A DNA stretch of 64,000 nucleotides from Herbaspirillum sp. (GTDB taxonomy: Bacteria > Pseudomonadota > Gammaproteobacteria > Burkholderiales > Burkholderiaceae_D). The stretch's first letter is position 1, and each line of letters starts with the position of its first letter. Below are positions 48,367-58,228 of this stretch, piece by piece. The position numbers and the translations under genes were made by a program. The notes beneath the pieces are model-generated. The model made no database searches, was not told the DNA's origin, and saw only the letters and a program-made list of their open reading frames with translations. The stretch lies in contig NZ_JAGIBI010000012.1 in NCBI RefSeq assembly GCF_017744395.1, positions 7,766 through 71,765 on the forward strand, written 5' to 3'.

Positions 48367-50565
48367 TCAAACCAAGCCAAAGGCAGCCAGCAGCATGTCG
48401 ATCAACTTGATGCCGACAAACGGCACCAGCAACCCGCCCACGCCATAAATCAGCAGATTGCGCCGCAGCAGCACCGCCGCGCCCAGCGCGCGGTAAGGCA
48501 CGCCGCGCAGCGCCAGCGGAATCAGCGCGACGATCACCAGCGCATTGAAGATCACCGCCGACATGATGGCCGAGTCGGGGCTGGCCAGATGCATCACGTT
48601 CAACGCGCCCAATTGCGGATAGGTCGCAACGAACATGGCCGGAATGATGGCGAAATACTTGGCCACATCGTTGGCGATGCTGAAGGTGGTCAGGCTGCCG
48701 CGCGTCATCAGCATCTGCTTGCCGATCTCAACGATCTCGATCAGCTTGGTCGGGTTGCTGTCGAGGTCGACCATGTTGCCGGCTTCCTTGGCGGCCTGGG
48801 TGCCGCTGTTCATGGCCACCGCCACATCGGCCTGGGCCAGCGCCGGGGCGTCGTTGGTGCCGTCGCCGGTCATCGCCACCAGCTTGCCTTCGGCCTGGTG
48901 CTGGCGGATCAGCGCCAGCTTCTGCTCCGGCGTGGCTTCAGCCAGGAAGTCGTCGACGCCAGCCTCGGCGGCGATGGCGGCGGCGGTCAGGCGGTTGTCG
49001 CCGGTGATCATCACGGTCTTGATGCCCATGCGGCGCAGCTCGCTGAAGCGCTCCTTGATGCCGCCCTTGACGATGTCCTTCAGTTCCACCGTGCCGAGGA
49101 TGCGGATCGGCGCGCCGTTATGGACCGCTTCGGCATCGCTATGCCACTCCGCCACCACCAGCGGCGTGCCGCCGCGGCGGGCGATCGCTTCGATATCGGT
49201 TTCGACCTGGTTCGGCAGGCGCTGGTCGGCTTGCCGCGCCAGCTTGCGGATGGCGTCGGCCGCGCCCTTGCGAATGCGGCGCGCGCCGAGGTCGATGCCG
49301 GAGACGCGGGTCTGGGCCGAGAACGGGATGAATTGCGCGCCCATGCCCGCCATTTCGCGTTCGCGCAGGTTGAAGCGGTTCTTGGCCAGCACCACGATGC
49401 TGCGGCCTTCCGGCGTCTCGTCGGCCAGCGATGCCAGTTGCGCGACATCGGCCAGCTCGCGCTCGGACACGCCCGGCGCCGGCAGGAAGGCGGCGGCCTG
49501 GCGGTTGCCCAGCGTGATGGTGCCGGTCTTGTCCAGCAGCAGCACGTCGACGTCGCCGGCGGCTTCCACCGCGCGGCCGGAGGTGGCGATCACGTTGGCC
49601 TGCATCATGCGGCTCATGCCGGCCACGCCGATGGCCGACAGCAGGCCGCCGATGGTGGTCGGGATCAGGCAGACCAGCAGCGCGATCAGGGCGGTGACCG
49701 TGACCGGCGCGCCAGCGCCGGCAGCCGTAACCGAGAATTGCGAGAACGGCAGCAGGGTCACCGTCACCAGCAGGAACACGATGGTCAGCGCCACCAGCAG
49801 CAGCGTGAGCGCGAGTTCGTTGGGCGTCTTCTGGCGGCGCGCGCCTTCGACCATGGCGATCATGCGGTCGAGGAAGGCTTCGCCCGGGTTGACCGAGACG
49901 CGCACGACGATCCAGTCCGACAACACCCGGGTACCGCCGGTCACGGCCGAGAAGTCGCCGCCGGATTCGCGGATCACCGGGGCTGATTCGCCGGTGATGG
50001 CGCTCTCGTCCACGGTGGCGACGCCTTCGATGACGTCGCCGTCGGCCGGCACGGTGTCGCCGGCTTCGATCAGCACCAGGTCGCCTTTGCGCAAGGAGCC
50101 GCCCTCCACCACTTCACACTGGTCATGGCTGACGCCGGCGCCGCGCACCAGCTCGGCGCGGCGCAGCTTCTTGGCCAGCACGCTTTTCTTGACGCCGCGC
50201 AGCGCCGCCGCCTGGGCCTTGCTGCGGCCCTCGGCCAGCGCTTCGGCGAAGTTGGCGAACAGCACCGTGAACCACAGCCAGGCGGCGATGGCGAAGATGA
50301 AGCCGGCCGGCGCCTCGCCCTTGGACACCAGCGCCTGGATGAACAGCAGCGTGGTCAGGATGCTGCCGAGGTAGACCACGAACATCACCGGGTTGCGCCA
50401 CTGCACGCGCGGCGACAGCTTGCGGAAAGAGTCGACCAGTGCCGGCTTGACGATCCTGGGATCGAACATCCAGCGCGCGGTCTGCGCGGCGGACGGTATC
50501 GCATCCGATGCCGCAGCGGCGCCGGACGGAGTATGGGAGGAAGGAGTAGTCATATCAGTATCCAT
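48367..50565 (-). CDS. kdpB: Kdp ATPase B chain
   Basis: [37 protein letters not shown]. Confidence 0.97.
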   Translation of the reverse strand: MDTDMTTPSSHTPSGAAAASDAIPSAAQTARWMFDPRIVKPALVDSFRKLSPRVQWRNPVMFVVYLGSILTTLLFIQALVSKGEAPAGFIFAIAAWLWFTVLFANFAEALAEGRSKAQAAALRGVKKSVLAKKLRRAELVRGAGVSHDQCEVVEGGSLRKGDLVLIEAGDTVPADGDVIEGVATVDESAITGESAPVIRESGGDFSAVTGGTRVLSDWIVVRVSVNPGEAFLDRMIAMVEGARRQKTPNELALTLLLVALTIVFLLVTVTLLPFSQFSVTAAGAGAPVTVTALIALLVCLIPTTIGGLLSAIGVAGMSRMMQANVIATSGRAVEAAGDVDVLLLDKTGTITLGNRQAAAFLPAPGVSERELADVAQLASLADETPEGRSIVVLAKNRFNLREREMAGMGAQFIPFSAQTRVSGIDLGARRIRKGAADAIRKLARQADQRLPNQVETDIEAIARRGGTPLVVAEWHSDAEAVHNGAPIRILGTVELKDIVKGGIKERFSELRRMGIKTVMITGDNRLTAAAIAAEAGVDDFLAEATPEQKLALIRQHQAEGKLVAMTGDGTNDAPALAQADVAVAMNSGTQAAKEAGNMVDLDSNPTKLIEIVEIGKQMLMTRGSLTTFSIANDVAKYFAIIPAMFVATYPQLGALNVMHLASPDSAIMSAVIFNALVIVALIPLALRGVPYRALGAAVLLRRNLLIYGVGGLLVPFVGIKLIDMLLAAFGLV

Positions 50566-50568
50566 TTT

Positions 50569-52350
50569 TTACATCGCCATCATTTGCAGATGCTCGACCA
50601 CCGGACCCAGCGCCAGCGCCGGGACATAGGTCAGCGCACCGACCAGGATCACCGCGCCGATCAGCAGGGCCACAAACAGCGGGCCGTGCGTGGGCAAGGT
50701 GCCGGAAGTCGCGGCCAGCCGCTTCTTGCCGGCCAGCGAGCCGGCCATCGCCAGTACCGGGACGATGATCCCGAAGCGGCCCAGCCACATGGCGATGCCG
50801 GTGGTGATGTTGTAGTACGGCGTGTTGGCAGAAAGCCCGGCGAAGGCGCTGCCGTTGTTGTTGGCGGCCGAACTGAAGGCGTACAGGATTTCGGAGAAGC
50901 CGTGCGCGCCGGGGTTGGCGATGCCGGCCAGGCCGCTCTCCACCATCACCGAGACGGCGGTGAAGATCAGCACCAGCGCCGGCGTCATCAAGATGGCGAT
51001 CGACATCATCTTCATGTCGAACACGCCGATCTTCTTGCCCAGGTATTCCGGCGTGCGGCCGATCATCAGGCCGGCGATGAACACCGCCAGCACGGCGAAG
51101 ATCAGCATGCCGTACAGGCCGGCGCCGACGCCGCCGTAGACCACCTCGCCCAGCTGCATCTGCAGCATCGGCACCAGCCCGCCCAGCGGCGAGAGCGAAT
51201 CATGCATGGCATTGACCGCGCCGCAGGAAGCGGCCGTGGTGATGGCGGCGAACAGGCTGGAAGCGATGATGCCGAAGCGGGTTTCCTTGCCTTCCATCAT
51301 GCCGGGGCCGGAGGCGTGCAGCGACGCCAGCATGGGGTTGGGCTGCGATTCGAAATACATGATCGTCAGCGTCATCGCCGCGAACAGGATGGTCATCGCC
51401 GCCAGGATGGCCCAGCCCTGGCGGCGGTCGCCGACCAATACGCCGAAGCTGGTACACAGCGCGGCGGGGATGATCAGGATCGCCAGCATCTCCAGGAAGT
51501 TGGACAATGGGGTCGGGTTCTCGTACGGGTGTGCCGAATTGGCGTTGAAGAAGCCGCCGCCGTTGGTGCCCAGCATCTTGATCGCTTCCTGCGAGGCGAC
51601 CGGCCCCATCGGCAGGATCTGCTTATCGGTGCTCTTGGCCTCGACCACCGGCTCGCCCTTGGCATCCTTCATCGGCTGGCCCGCGGCGTCCAGCTTGGGC
51701 GTCGTGTAGTGGGTCGTTTCCAGCGTCTTCACTTCCTGGTAGGGCTTGAAGTTCTGGATGCTGCCCTGCTGCACCAGCGCCAGCGCCAGGACCACCGACA
51801 GCGGCAGCAGCACGTACAGCGAGGAGCGCAGCATGTCGACCCAGAAGTTGCCGATGCTCTTGCTGCTGTGGCGGGCGAAGCCACGGATCAGCGCGAAGGC
51901 GATGGCGATGCCGGTGGCGGCCGAGACGAAGTTCTGCACCGCCAGCGCCACCATCTGCGTCAGGTAGCTCATGGTGGACTCGCCCACGTAGCCTTGCCAG
52001 TTGGTGTTGGCGACGAAACTGATTGCGGTGTTGAACGAGGAATCGACGCCGACGTTGCCCAGTGCCTGCGGGTTCAGCGGCAGCCATTGCTGCACGCGCT
52101 GCAGGGCGTAGACGAACAGCAGGCCGAGCAGGTTGAACAGCACCGCGGCGATGGCGTATTGCTTCCAGTCCATCTCGGCATCGCGCTGGATGCCGCACAG
52201 GCGGCACAGCACGCGCTCCACGCCGCCGAAGATACGGTTGATTGCCGATTTCCCTTCCATCACGTGCGCGATGTAGCCGCCCAGCGGTACCGACAGCACC
52301 AGCAGGATGGCGAGATAGAGGGCTAGTTGGAGATAGGCGTTGCCGTCCAT
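50569..52350 (-). CDS. kdpA: Kdp ATPase A chain
   Basis: NTNWQGY, LGTNGGGFF, SCGAVN, NNGSAFAG. Confidence 0.97.
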   Translation of the reverse strand: MDGNAYLQLALYLAILLVLSVPLGGYIAHVMEGKSAINRIFGGVERVLCRLCGIQRDAEMDWKQYAIAAVLFNLLGLLFVYALQRVQQWLPLNPQALGNVGVDSSFNTAISFVANTNWQGYVGESTMSYLTQMVALAVQNFVSAATGIAIAFALIRGFARHSSKSIGNFWVDMLRSSLYVLLPLSVVLALALVQQGSIQNFKPYQEVKTLETTHYTTPKLDAAGQPMKDAKGEPVVEAKSTDKQILPMGPVASQEAIKMLGTNGGGFFNANSAHPYENPTPLSNFLEMLAILIIPAALCTSFGVLVGDRRQGWAILAAMTILFAAMTLTIMYFESQPNPMLASLHASGPGMMEGKETRFGIIASSLFAAITTAASCGAVNAMHDSLSPLGGLVPMLQMQLGEVVYGGVGAGLYGMLIFAVLAVFIAGLMIGRTPEYLGKKIGVFDMKMMSIAILMTPALVLIFTAVSVMVESGLAGIANPGAHGFSEILYAFSSAANNNGSAFAGLSANTPYYNITTGIAMWLGRFGIIVPVLAMAGSLAGKKRLAATSGTLPTHGPLFVALLIGAVILVGALTYVPALALGPVVEHLQMMAM

Positions 52351-52351
52351 G

Positions 52352-52441
52352 TCAGAACTCCTCCGGCTTGATCAGGGCGTACACCAGGTACGCCAGCAGG
52401 CCGACCGAAACGGCCAGGCCGAGCAAGGTCATGGCGTTCAT
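52352..52441 (-). CDS. kdpF: Kdp ATPase F peptide (29 aa)
   Basis: LLAYLVYALIKPEEF signature. Confidence 0.93.
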   Translation of the reverse strand: MNAMTLLGLAVSVGLLAYLVYALIKPEEF

Positions 52442-52551
52442 TTCTTGTCGCCCTCCTGCCGTTCGAGGCGGCTGCACAGGGCGATGAAGCCCCACATCGA
52501 GGCGCCGCACAAGAGCAGCATGCCTACATAGAGAAAATCGGTTTGCCACAT
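52438..52551 (-). CDS. 37-aa hydrophobic ORF coupled to kdpF
   Basis: MWQTDFLYVGMLLLCGASMWGFIALCSRLERQEGDKK; GGAG upstream; TGA overlaps the kdpF ATG. Confidence 0.7.
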   Translation of the reverse strand: MWQTDFLYVGMLLLCGASMWGFIALCSRLERQEGDKK

Positions 52552-52611
52552 TTCCCACTCCATTGTTTGCGTTGTTCGATCCGTTCCGCATGCGGAATCG
52601 GAGACAGTCCA

Positions 52612-52676
52612 ACGATAGGCGGATGGGCGTTAAATCCTGGTAAAACTATGGGGATGGGGTGTAAACAGGATGTAAA
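52612..52676 (-). promoter_or_regulatory. KdpE-binding sites and -10 of the kdpFABC promoter
   Basis: GTTTACATCCTGTTTACACCCC resembles the E. coli KdpE box (TTTACACCCC); second tandem site; TATCGT -10. Confidence 0.8.
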
Positions 52677-52754
52677 CAGGCGCCGGCAGCCGGCCTGGGG
52701 AAAACCGGAGCGGCACTGGATTGGCGAGATGAAGGGAAATGCGGAAAGGCGGGA

Positions 52755-54914
52755 TCAGACGTCGGTGATCTTGGCCACATGCACCCGGTCCTTGCCCAGG
52801 CGCTTGGCGGCGTACATCGCCTTGTCGGCCATGGCCAGCAGTTCTTCCGGCCCGGTCTCGCCATCCTCGTCGGGGAGGTAGACGGCCACGCCGATGCTGC
52901 TGGAGACATTGATGCGCGAATGCGTCAGCTCGAACGGTTCGCGTATGGCATTGAGGATCTTTTCGGCCACGTTGACCGCATCCTGCTGGGTCTGCAACTT
53001 TTCCAGGATCACCACGAACTCGTCGCCGGCCAGCCGCGACACGGTGTCGACGTCGCGCACCGAATCCTGCAGGCGCCGGGTGAACTGGACCAGCAGCTCA
53101 TCGCCGGCCTCGTGGCCGTAACGGTCGTTGACGCCCTTGAAGCCGTCGATGTCCATGAAGAACAGCGCCATCGGCTCATGCGCACGGCGCGCGCGCATCA
53201 TCGCTTCGGGCAGGCGGTCGGAGAAGGCGCGGCGGTTGGGCAGGCCGGTCAGCATGTCGGTCAGCGCCAGCTCGCGCATCTGGTCGCGGAAGGCCAGCCG
53301 TTCGGTGATGTCGTGCAGGAAGGCGATGAACAGGTGCCCGCTGTGGCGCTTGACGTGGCCGACCGTGATCTCGACCGGCAGTTCGTGGCCGTCATGGTGC
53401 AGGGCCTGCAGTTCGATACGGTTGTTGATGACCACGCTGGCGCCGGTTTCGAGGAATTCCTTCATGCCCCGGTAGTGGGCCTCGCGCATGTCCTGCGGGA
53501 TGATCAGCTCGGCCATCTTGCGGCCCACCGCCTCGGTGCGCATCCAGCCCAGCAGCAGTTCGGCCTGGCGGTTCCATTCGACGATCACGCCCTGCTCGTC
53601 GGCGGCGATGAAAGCATCCTGGGCGTTCTCCAGGATCGCGCGCAGTTCGTCGGCGGTTTCTTCCAGCTTGATCTGGTTGGCGTGCTGCACGTCCAGCGAC
53701 TGCTGCAGCGCCATGGCGGTTTCATGCAGGCGGCTGGTGCGCTCGGCGACCCGCTGTTCCAGGCTTTCGTTGAGCGAACGCATTTCGCGCAGGTAGGTTT
53801 CTTCCCGCTCCACCATGTTGACCAAGCTCGCCGACAGCAACTGCACTTCGCGGTAGCTGTTGACCAGCGGGATAGGCACGTCCTGCGCCCCGGCGCCGCG
53901 CAGCTCCAGCGCCGCGCTCAAGGCATTGACCGGTCCCACCAGGCGGCGCGTGAGCGCATAGGCCAGGATCACCAGCACCGCGCCGATTAGCGCGCCGACC
54001 ATGATCACCCGACGCTCCAGGCTATGGAAGGCTTCCAGCGCGATATGCTCGGGCTGGCGCACGATCACGCTCCAGTTGGGCATCATGCTGCTGCCCTGGC
54101 CGGTGCGCGAAAAGCCGGTGATGTAGCGGCGGCCGTCAGGCCATGCTTCCAGCACGACGCCGCCGTCCTGCGATTTTTGCGAAGCGGTGAAGCTGGCGGT
54201 GGCGATCTTCCGTTCTTCGAGTTCCTTGGGACCGAGTATCACGGTGCCGTCGGCGCGCACGACCATGACTTCGACGCCATACCGGTCGCCGGCCGGATTG
54301 ATCAGCTTGGTCGCGATCTCGCGCGCCCAGGTCCAGGAGAGATGGATGCCGACCACGCCGATAAAGCGCCCCTGCACGTCCTGCACCGGCGCGGAGAGAT
54401 CGACGAAGCGCCAGGGTTCCGGCTGCTGCGGCAGCTTCGGCTCCAGCAGGATGGCGGGATGGTAATCGCCGGAATAGAAATGGCTCCGGCCTTCCTTGAA
54501 CCATGGGCGCTCAGCCACGCTCTGGCCTTCAAGCACACCGTTGGTCGCCGCCAATACCGTGCCGTCGGGAGCGGCCATGCCGATCCAGGCGTAGTTGGGA
54601 ACATTGGCCTGCAAGTCGTTGAAGACGTCGCGCATATGCGGCACATCCTTGCCGGCACGGACGGACGGTCGCGCCACCAGGATGCGCAAATCGATCTGGC
54701 GCTCGGCCATGCTGCGCTCCAGCGCCTCCTGCATCTGCCAGGCGATCTGCTTGAGGCGAGTCTCCGCTTCCGAGCGCGCGTAGCCCCGGGTGAACTGATC
54801 CACCAGGATCAGCACCGACACGGTCGTGATCAGCACGGTAACGACCACCCCCATCGTGATCAGCGATGACAGATTCGGAGGAGATGGGACTTTTTTGTTA
54901 TTCAATTGGGACAA
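52755..54914 (-). CDS. dCache-HAMP-PAS diguanylate cyclase
   Basis: 2 TMs flanking Cache, PAS, DMLTGLPNR, RDVD I-site, AGDEF active-site variant. Confidence 0.9.
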   Translation of the reverse strand: MSQLNNKKVPSPPNLSSLITMGVVVTVLITTVSVLILVDQFTRGYARSEAETRLKQIAWQMQEALERSMAERQIDLRILVARPSVRAGKDVPHMRDVFNDLQANVPNYAWIGMAAPDGTVLAATNGVLEGQSVAERPWFKEGRSHFYSGDYHPAILLEPKLPQQPEPWRFVDLSAPVQDVQGRFIGVVGIHLSWTWAREIATKLINPAGDRYGVEVMVVRADGTVILGPKELEERKIATASFTASQKSQDGGVVLEAWPDGRRYITGFSRTGQGSSMMPNWSVIVRQPEHIALEAFHSLERRVIMVGALIGAVLVILAYALTRRLVGPVNALSAALELRGAGAQDVPIPLVNSYREVQLLSASLVNMVEREETYLREMRSLNESLEQRVAERTSRLHETAMALQQSLDVQHANQIKLEETADELRAILENAQDAFIAADEQGVIVEWNRQAELLLGWMRTEAVGRKMAELIIPQDMREAHYRGMKEFLETGASVVINNRIELQALHHDGHELPVEITVGHVKRHSGHLFIAFLHDITERLAFRDQMRELALTDMLTGLPNRRAFSDRLPEAMMRARRAHEPMALFFMDIDGFKGVNDRYGHEAGDELLVQFTRRLQDSVRDVDTVSRLAGDEFVVILEKLQTQQDAVNVAEKILNAIREPFELTHSRINVSSSIGVAVYLPDEDGETGPEELLAMADKAMYAAKRLGKDRVHVAKITDV

Positions 54915-55307
54915 ATTGCGGCGATACGGGCAAGTGCATGACGGTTCCCCCCTGAGAGCCGCGCTCGTTGTTTACATGGCATCTTGCCAGAACGTTCACA
55001 TTTTTTCATCGGCTTTAATCAAAAGTACGACAAATATTTTTCCGGGGGGAAAGCGGTGTGGGCGAGTATATCCATCAATACGAGCACGGTGGAAACGGAT
55101 GCGGGCAACATGCCGGAGATAGGCGCGAAATCTCAAACAATGGGAAATTCTGTGAGGAGGGGGCGGTGCAAAAAGACAACGAACGCGGGATGGAGGGGGG
55201 GGGGCTGCCGTCAGTTGGGGATGGGATGGTGGTGCGCCGATGTTTTCTTGGCGTTGAAGTTGGAGTTGAAGCAAGGCAACATCTCTGGATTGCTTGGGTT
55301 GTTCTGG

Positions 55308-56048
55308 GCAGTCTGGTCTTGCTGCGTGCAGATGTACTGGCTCTATGCTTTTCTTTCTCCGGTCGAAGCGGAGCGCCGGGGGCGGCCCGGCAGCCGCTCA
55401 CTTTCTTTGGCCCGCCAAAGAAAGTAAGCAAAGAAAACGGCCCCTAAGTGCCAGCCCCTTCGGGGTACCCGTTGGAGTGCGCTGAAAAATGGGAAAGGCC
55501 GCAAGTCGCTTCGCTCCGGCGTCCTTTCTGATCCATTTTTCAGCGCACTCCAACGGCTGGCCCACAAGGGGAAATGCTTAAATGCCTCGCCTTCGGCATC
55601 GGGATTGGGACCGTGGTTCGCTATCTTCTGCGGCTTTGCTAACGTCTTAACGACACTGGGTCCTGACTTTCGTCAGGATGACGCGTAGATGCGATAGCGA
55701 TCAAAAACACCGAAGCCGCAGGCGAGATGCAAGCACCGCAAGGCCGAAGGCGAGCCGTCTCCGCAGTCCGCTTCTGACCAGCCGCTGGAATGAGGGGAAA
55801 AATGGATCAGAAAGGACGCCGGAGCGCAGCGACTTGCGGCCTTTCCCATTTTTCCCCTCATTCCAGCGGGAACCCCGAAGGGGCTGGTTAGTAGCCTTGT
55901 TGGAGCAGTGCTCCAACCCTTCTTTTGCTTACTTTTCTTGGCGAGACAAGAAAAGTGAGCGGCTGCCGGGCCGCCCCCGGCGCTCCCTCCCGACCGAAGA
56001 AAGATAAGTATAGAGCCAGTACATCTGCACGCAGCAAGACCAGACTAC
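55308..56048. repeat. 741-bp nested palindromic element, copy 2 (same orientation as copy 1)
   Basis: terminal IR of about 41 bp with 1 mismatch; 55370-55457 identical to 47060-47147; central REP hairpin at 55656-55683. Confidence 0.9.
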
Positions 56049-56061
56049 CTATACCACCACA

Positions 56062-57072
56062 TTAAACAACAGCACTACGCTCCAACTGATCCCGAACCTC
56101 AGCCACAATCTCAAACGAATACAACCGCGCTGCATGATCATAAATCTGCGCAGTAATCATCAACTCATCCGGCGCCATCTCGTCAATAAAGTTCTGCAAC
56201 CCCTCACGCACGGACTCCCGATCCCCCACCACGGCACAAGCCAGCGACCGCTCCACATGCGTCTGCTCCCCCGGCTGCCAGTAATCGGCGATATCGTCCA
56301 CCGGCGGATTCAACTGTCCCGGCGTCCCCCGGATCAGGTTGATGAACTGCTGCTGCAGCGAACTGAACAGGCGCACCGCCTCGCGGTCGGTATCGGCGGC
56401 GAACACGTTCAGGCCCAGCATCACATACGGCTTTTGCAGAGCGGCTGACGGCTTGAAGCGGGCCCGGTAGATCTCCACCGCCGACTTCATGAAGCCCGGC
56501 GCGAAATGCGAGGCGAAGGCGAACGGCAGGCCCATCTCAGCCGCCAGTTGGGCACTGAACATGCTTGACCCCAGCAGCCAGATCGGCACGTTCAGGCCGG
56601 CCCCCGGCACCGCCCGCAGCGGCTGGTAGTCGGATGGCCCGGCGAAATAATCCTGCAGCTCCTGCACGTCCTGCGGAAAATTCTCGGCAGTGTCGCCGCC
56701 CATGTGGCGGCGCAACGCGCGGGCGGTGCGCTGATCCGAGCCGGGCGCGCGCCCCAGGCCGAGATCGATGCGGCCGGGATAGAGCGACTCCAGCGTGCCG
56801 AACTGCTCGGCGATCACCAGCGGCGAATGGTTGGGCAGCATGATGCCGCCGGAGCCGACACGGATGCTTTGGGTATTGGCCGCCACATGCGAGATCACCA
56901 GTGAAGTCGCGGCGCTGGCGATGCCGGCCATGTTGTGGTGCTCGGCCAGCCAGTAGCGCCGGTAGCCGAGTTTTTCGGCCAGTTGCGCCAGTTCCTTGGT
57001 GTTGTTGAAGGCCTGGGCGGCGGTGCTGCCCTTGTTGATCGGGGACAGGTCTAGGACGGAAAACGGAATCAT
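56062..57072 (-). CDS. LLM-class (luciferase-like, YhbW-type) monooxygenase
   Basis: [36 protein letters not shown]. Confidence 0.92.
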   Translation of the reverse strand: MIPFSVLDLSPINKGSTAAQAFNNTKELAQLAEKLGYRRYWLAEHHNMAGIASAATSLVISHVAANTQSIRVGSGGIMLPNHSPLVIAEQFGTLESLYPGRIDLGLGRAPGSDQRTARALRRHMGGDTAENFPQDVQELQDYFAGPSDYQPLRAVPGAGLNVPIWLLGSSMFSAQLAAEMGLPFAFASHFAPGFMKSAVEIYRARFKPSAALQKPYVMLGLNVFAADTDREAVRLFSSLQQQFINLIRGTPGQLNPPVDDIADYWQPGEQTHVERSLACAVVGDRESVREGLQNFIDEMAPDELMITAQIYDHAARLYSFEIVAEVRDQLERSAVV

Positions 57073-57146
57073 GGGGATGCGATCCTTGAAAGCGCGGCGG
57101 GATCGCCGCCGCGCCGGGTTGCCGGGCAGCGCGCCCGGATAGATTG

Positions 57147-58175
57147 TCAGTCCAGCTTGACCACCAGCTTGCCGAAGTTCTTGCCTTCCAGCAGGCCGAT
57201 GAAGGCTTGCGGCGCGTTCTCCAGCCCCTGCACCACGTCCTCGCGGTAGCGCAGCCGGCCTTCCTTGAGCCAGCCGCCGACATCGTGGTGGAACGCCGCC
57301 AGCAGATCGGGGCGGTTGACGTAGTAGTCGAAAATGATGAAGCCGCGGATCTGGATGCGTTGCGTCAGCACGCGCCGCAGCAACGCGCTGGCATCGGCCT
57401 GGACCTGGCCGCCGTTGTAATGCGCGATCAGGCCGCACACCGGGACGCGGGCATGCACGTTCAGCAGCGGCACCACGGCATCGAACACGGCGCCGCCGAC
57501 GTTCTCGAAATAGACATCGATGCCCTTGGGGCAGGCAGCGGCCAACTGCGCGGCGAAATCCGGCGAGCGGTGGTCGATGCAGGCGTCGAAGCCTAGTTCC
57601 TTGACCGCGTACTCGCACTTCTGCGCGCCGCCGGCCACGCCGACCACGCGGCAGCCCTTGATCTTGGCGATCTGTCCCACCAGCGAACCGACCGCGCCGG
57701 TGGCGGCGGCCACCACCACGGTTTCGCCGGGACGCGGCTGGCCGATGTCGATCAGTCCGGCGTAGGCGGTATAACCGGGCATGCCGAGCACGCCCAGCGC
57801 GTGCGAAGGATGGCTGAAGCCAGCCGGCAGCTTGGTCAGGCCGCTGCCGTCGGCGAGCGCGTATTCCTGCCAGCCGGTGTAGGCCATCACCAGGTCGCCC
57901 TCATGGAAATCGGTATGGCGCGATGCCACCACGCGCGAAACCGTACCTCCGGTCATCACCGCATCGATCTCGACCGGCGGCGCATAGGACGGCGCATCGC
58001 TCATCCGTCCGCGCATGTAGGGGTCGAGCGACAGCCACTCGGCGCGCAGCAGGACCTGCCCTTCCGCGGGCGCGGGGATGGCGGCTTCTTCGAGGCGGAA
58101 ATTGGCGGCCGTGGGCGCGCCGGTGGGGCGCGAAGCGAGGACGATCCGGCGGTTGACGGTATGGTTGGCACTCAT
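57147..58175 (-). CDS. NADP-dependent oxidoreductase (CurA/YncB family), copy 2
   Basis: [35 protein letters not shown]. Confidence 0.93.
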   Translation of the reverse strand: MSANHTVNRRIVLASRPTGAPTAANFRLEEAAIPAPAEGQVLLRAEWLSLDPYMRGRMSDAPSYAPPVEIDAVMTGGTVSRVVASRHTDFHEGDLVMAYTGWQEYALADGSGLTKLPAGFSHPSHALGVLGMPGYTAYAGLIDIGQPRPGETVVVAAATGAVGSLVGQIAKIKGCRVVGVAGGAQKCEYAVKELGFDACIDHRSPDFAAQLAAACPKGIDVYFENVGGAVFDAVVPLLNVHARVPVCGLIAHYNGGQVQADASALLRRVLTQRIQIRGFIIFDYYVNRPDLLAAFHHDVGGWLKEGRLRYREDVVQGLENAPQAFIGLLEGKNFGKLVVKLD

Positions 58176-58228
58176 GGCGAGTCCTTTCTGGAATGACTGG
58201 GCTTGGAAGACAAGAGAAAACGGCGAAG

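Noticed and set aside
54984-56007. Short ORFs across element copy 2 and its G/T-rich flank
   Set aside because: Same repeat-derived frames; atypical composition
46998-56048. Element as a CRISPR array, IS or tRNA/rRNA
   Set aside because: No regularly spaced direct repeats with unique spacers, no transposase or cas genes, no cloverleaf or rRNA signature
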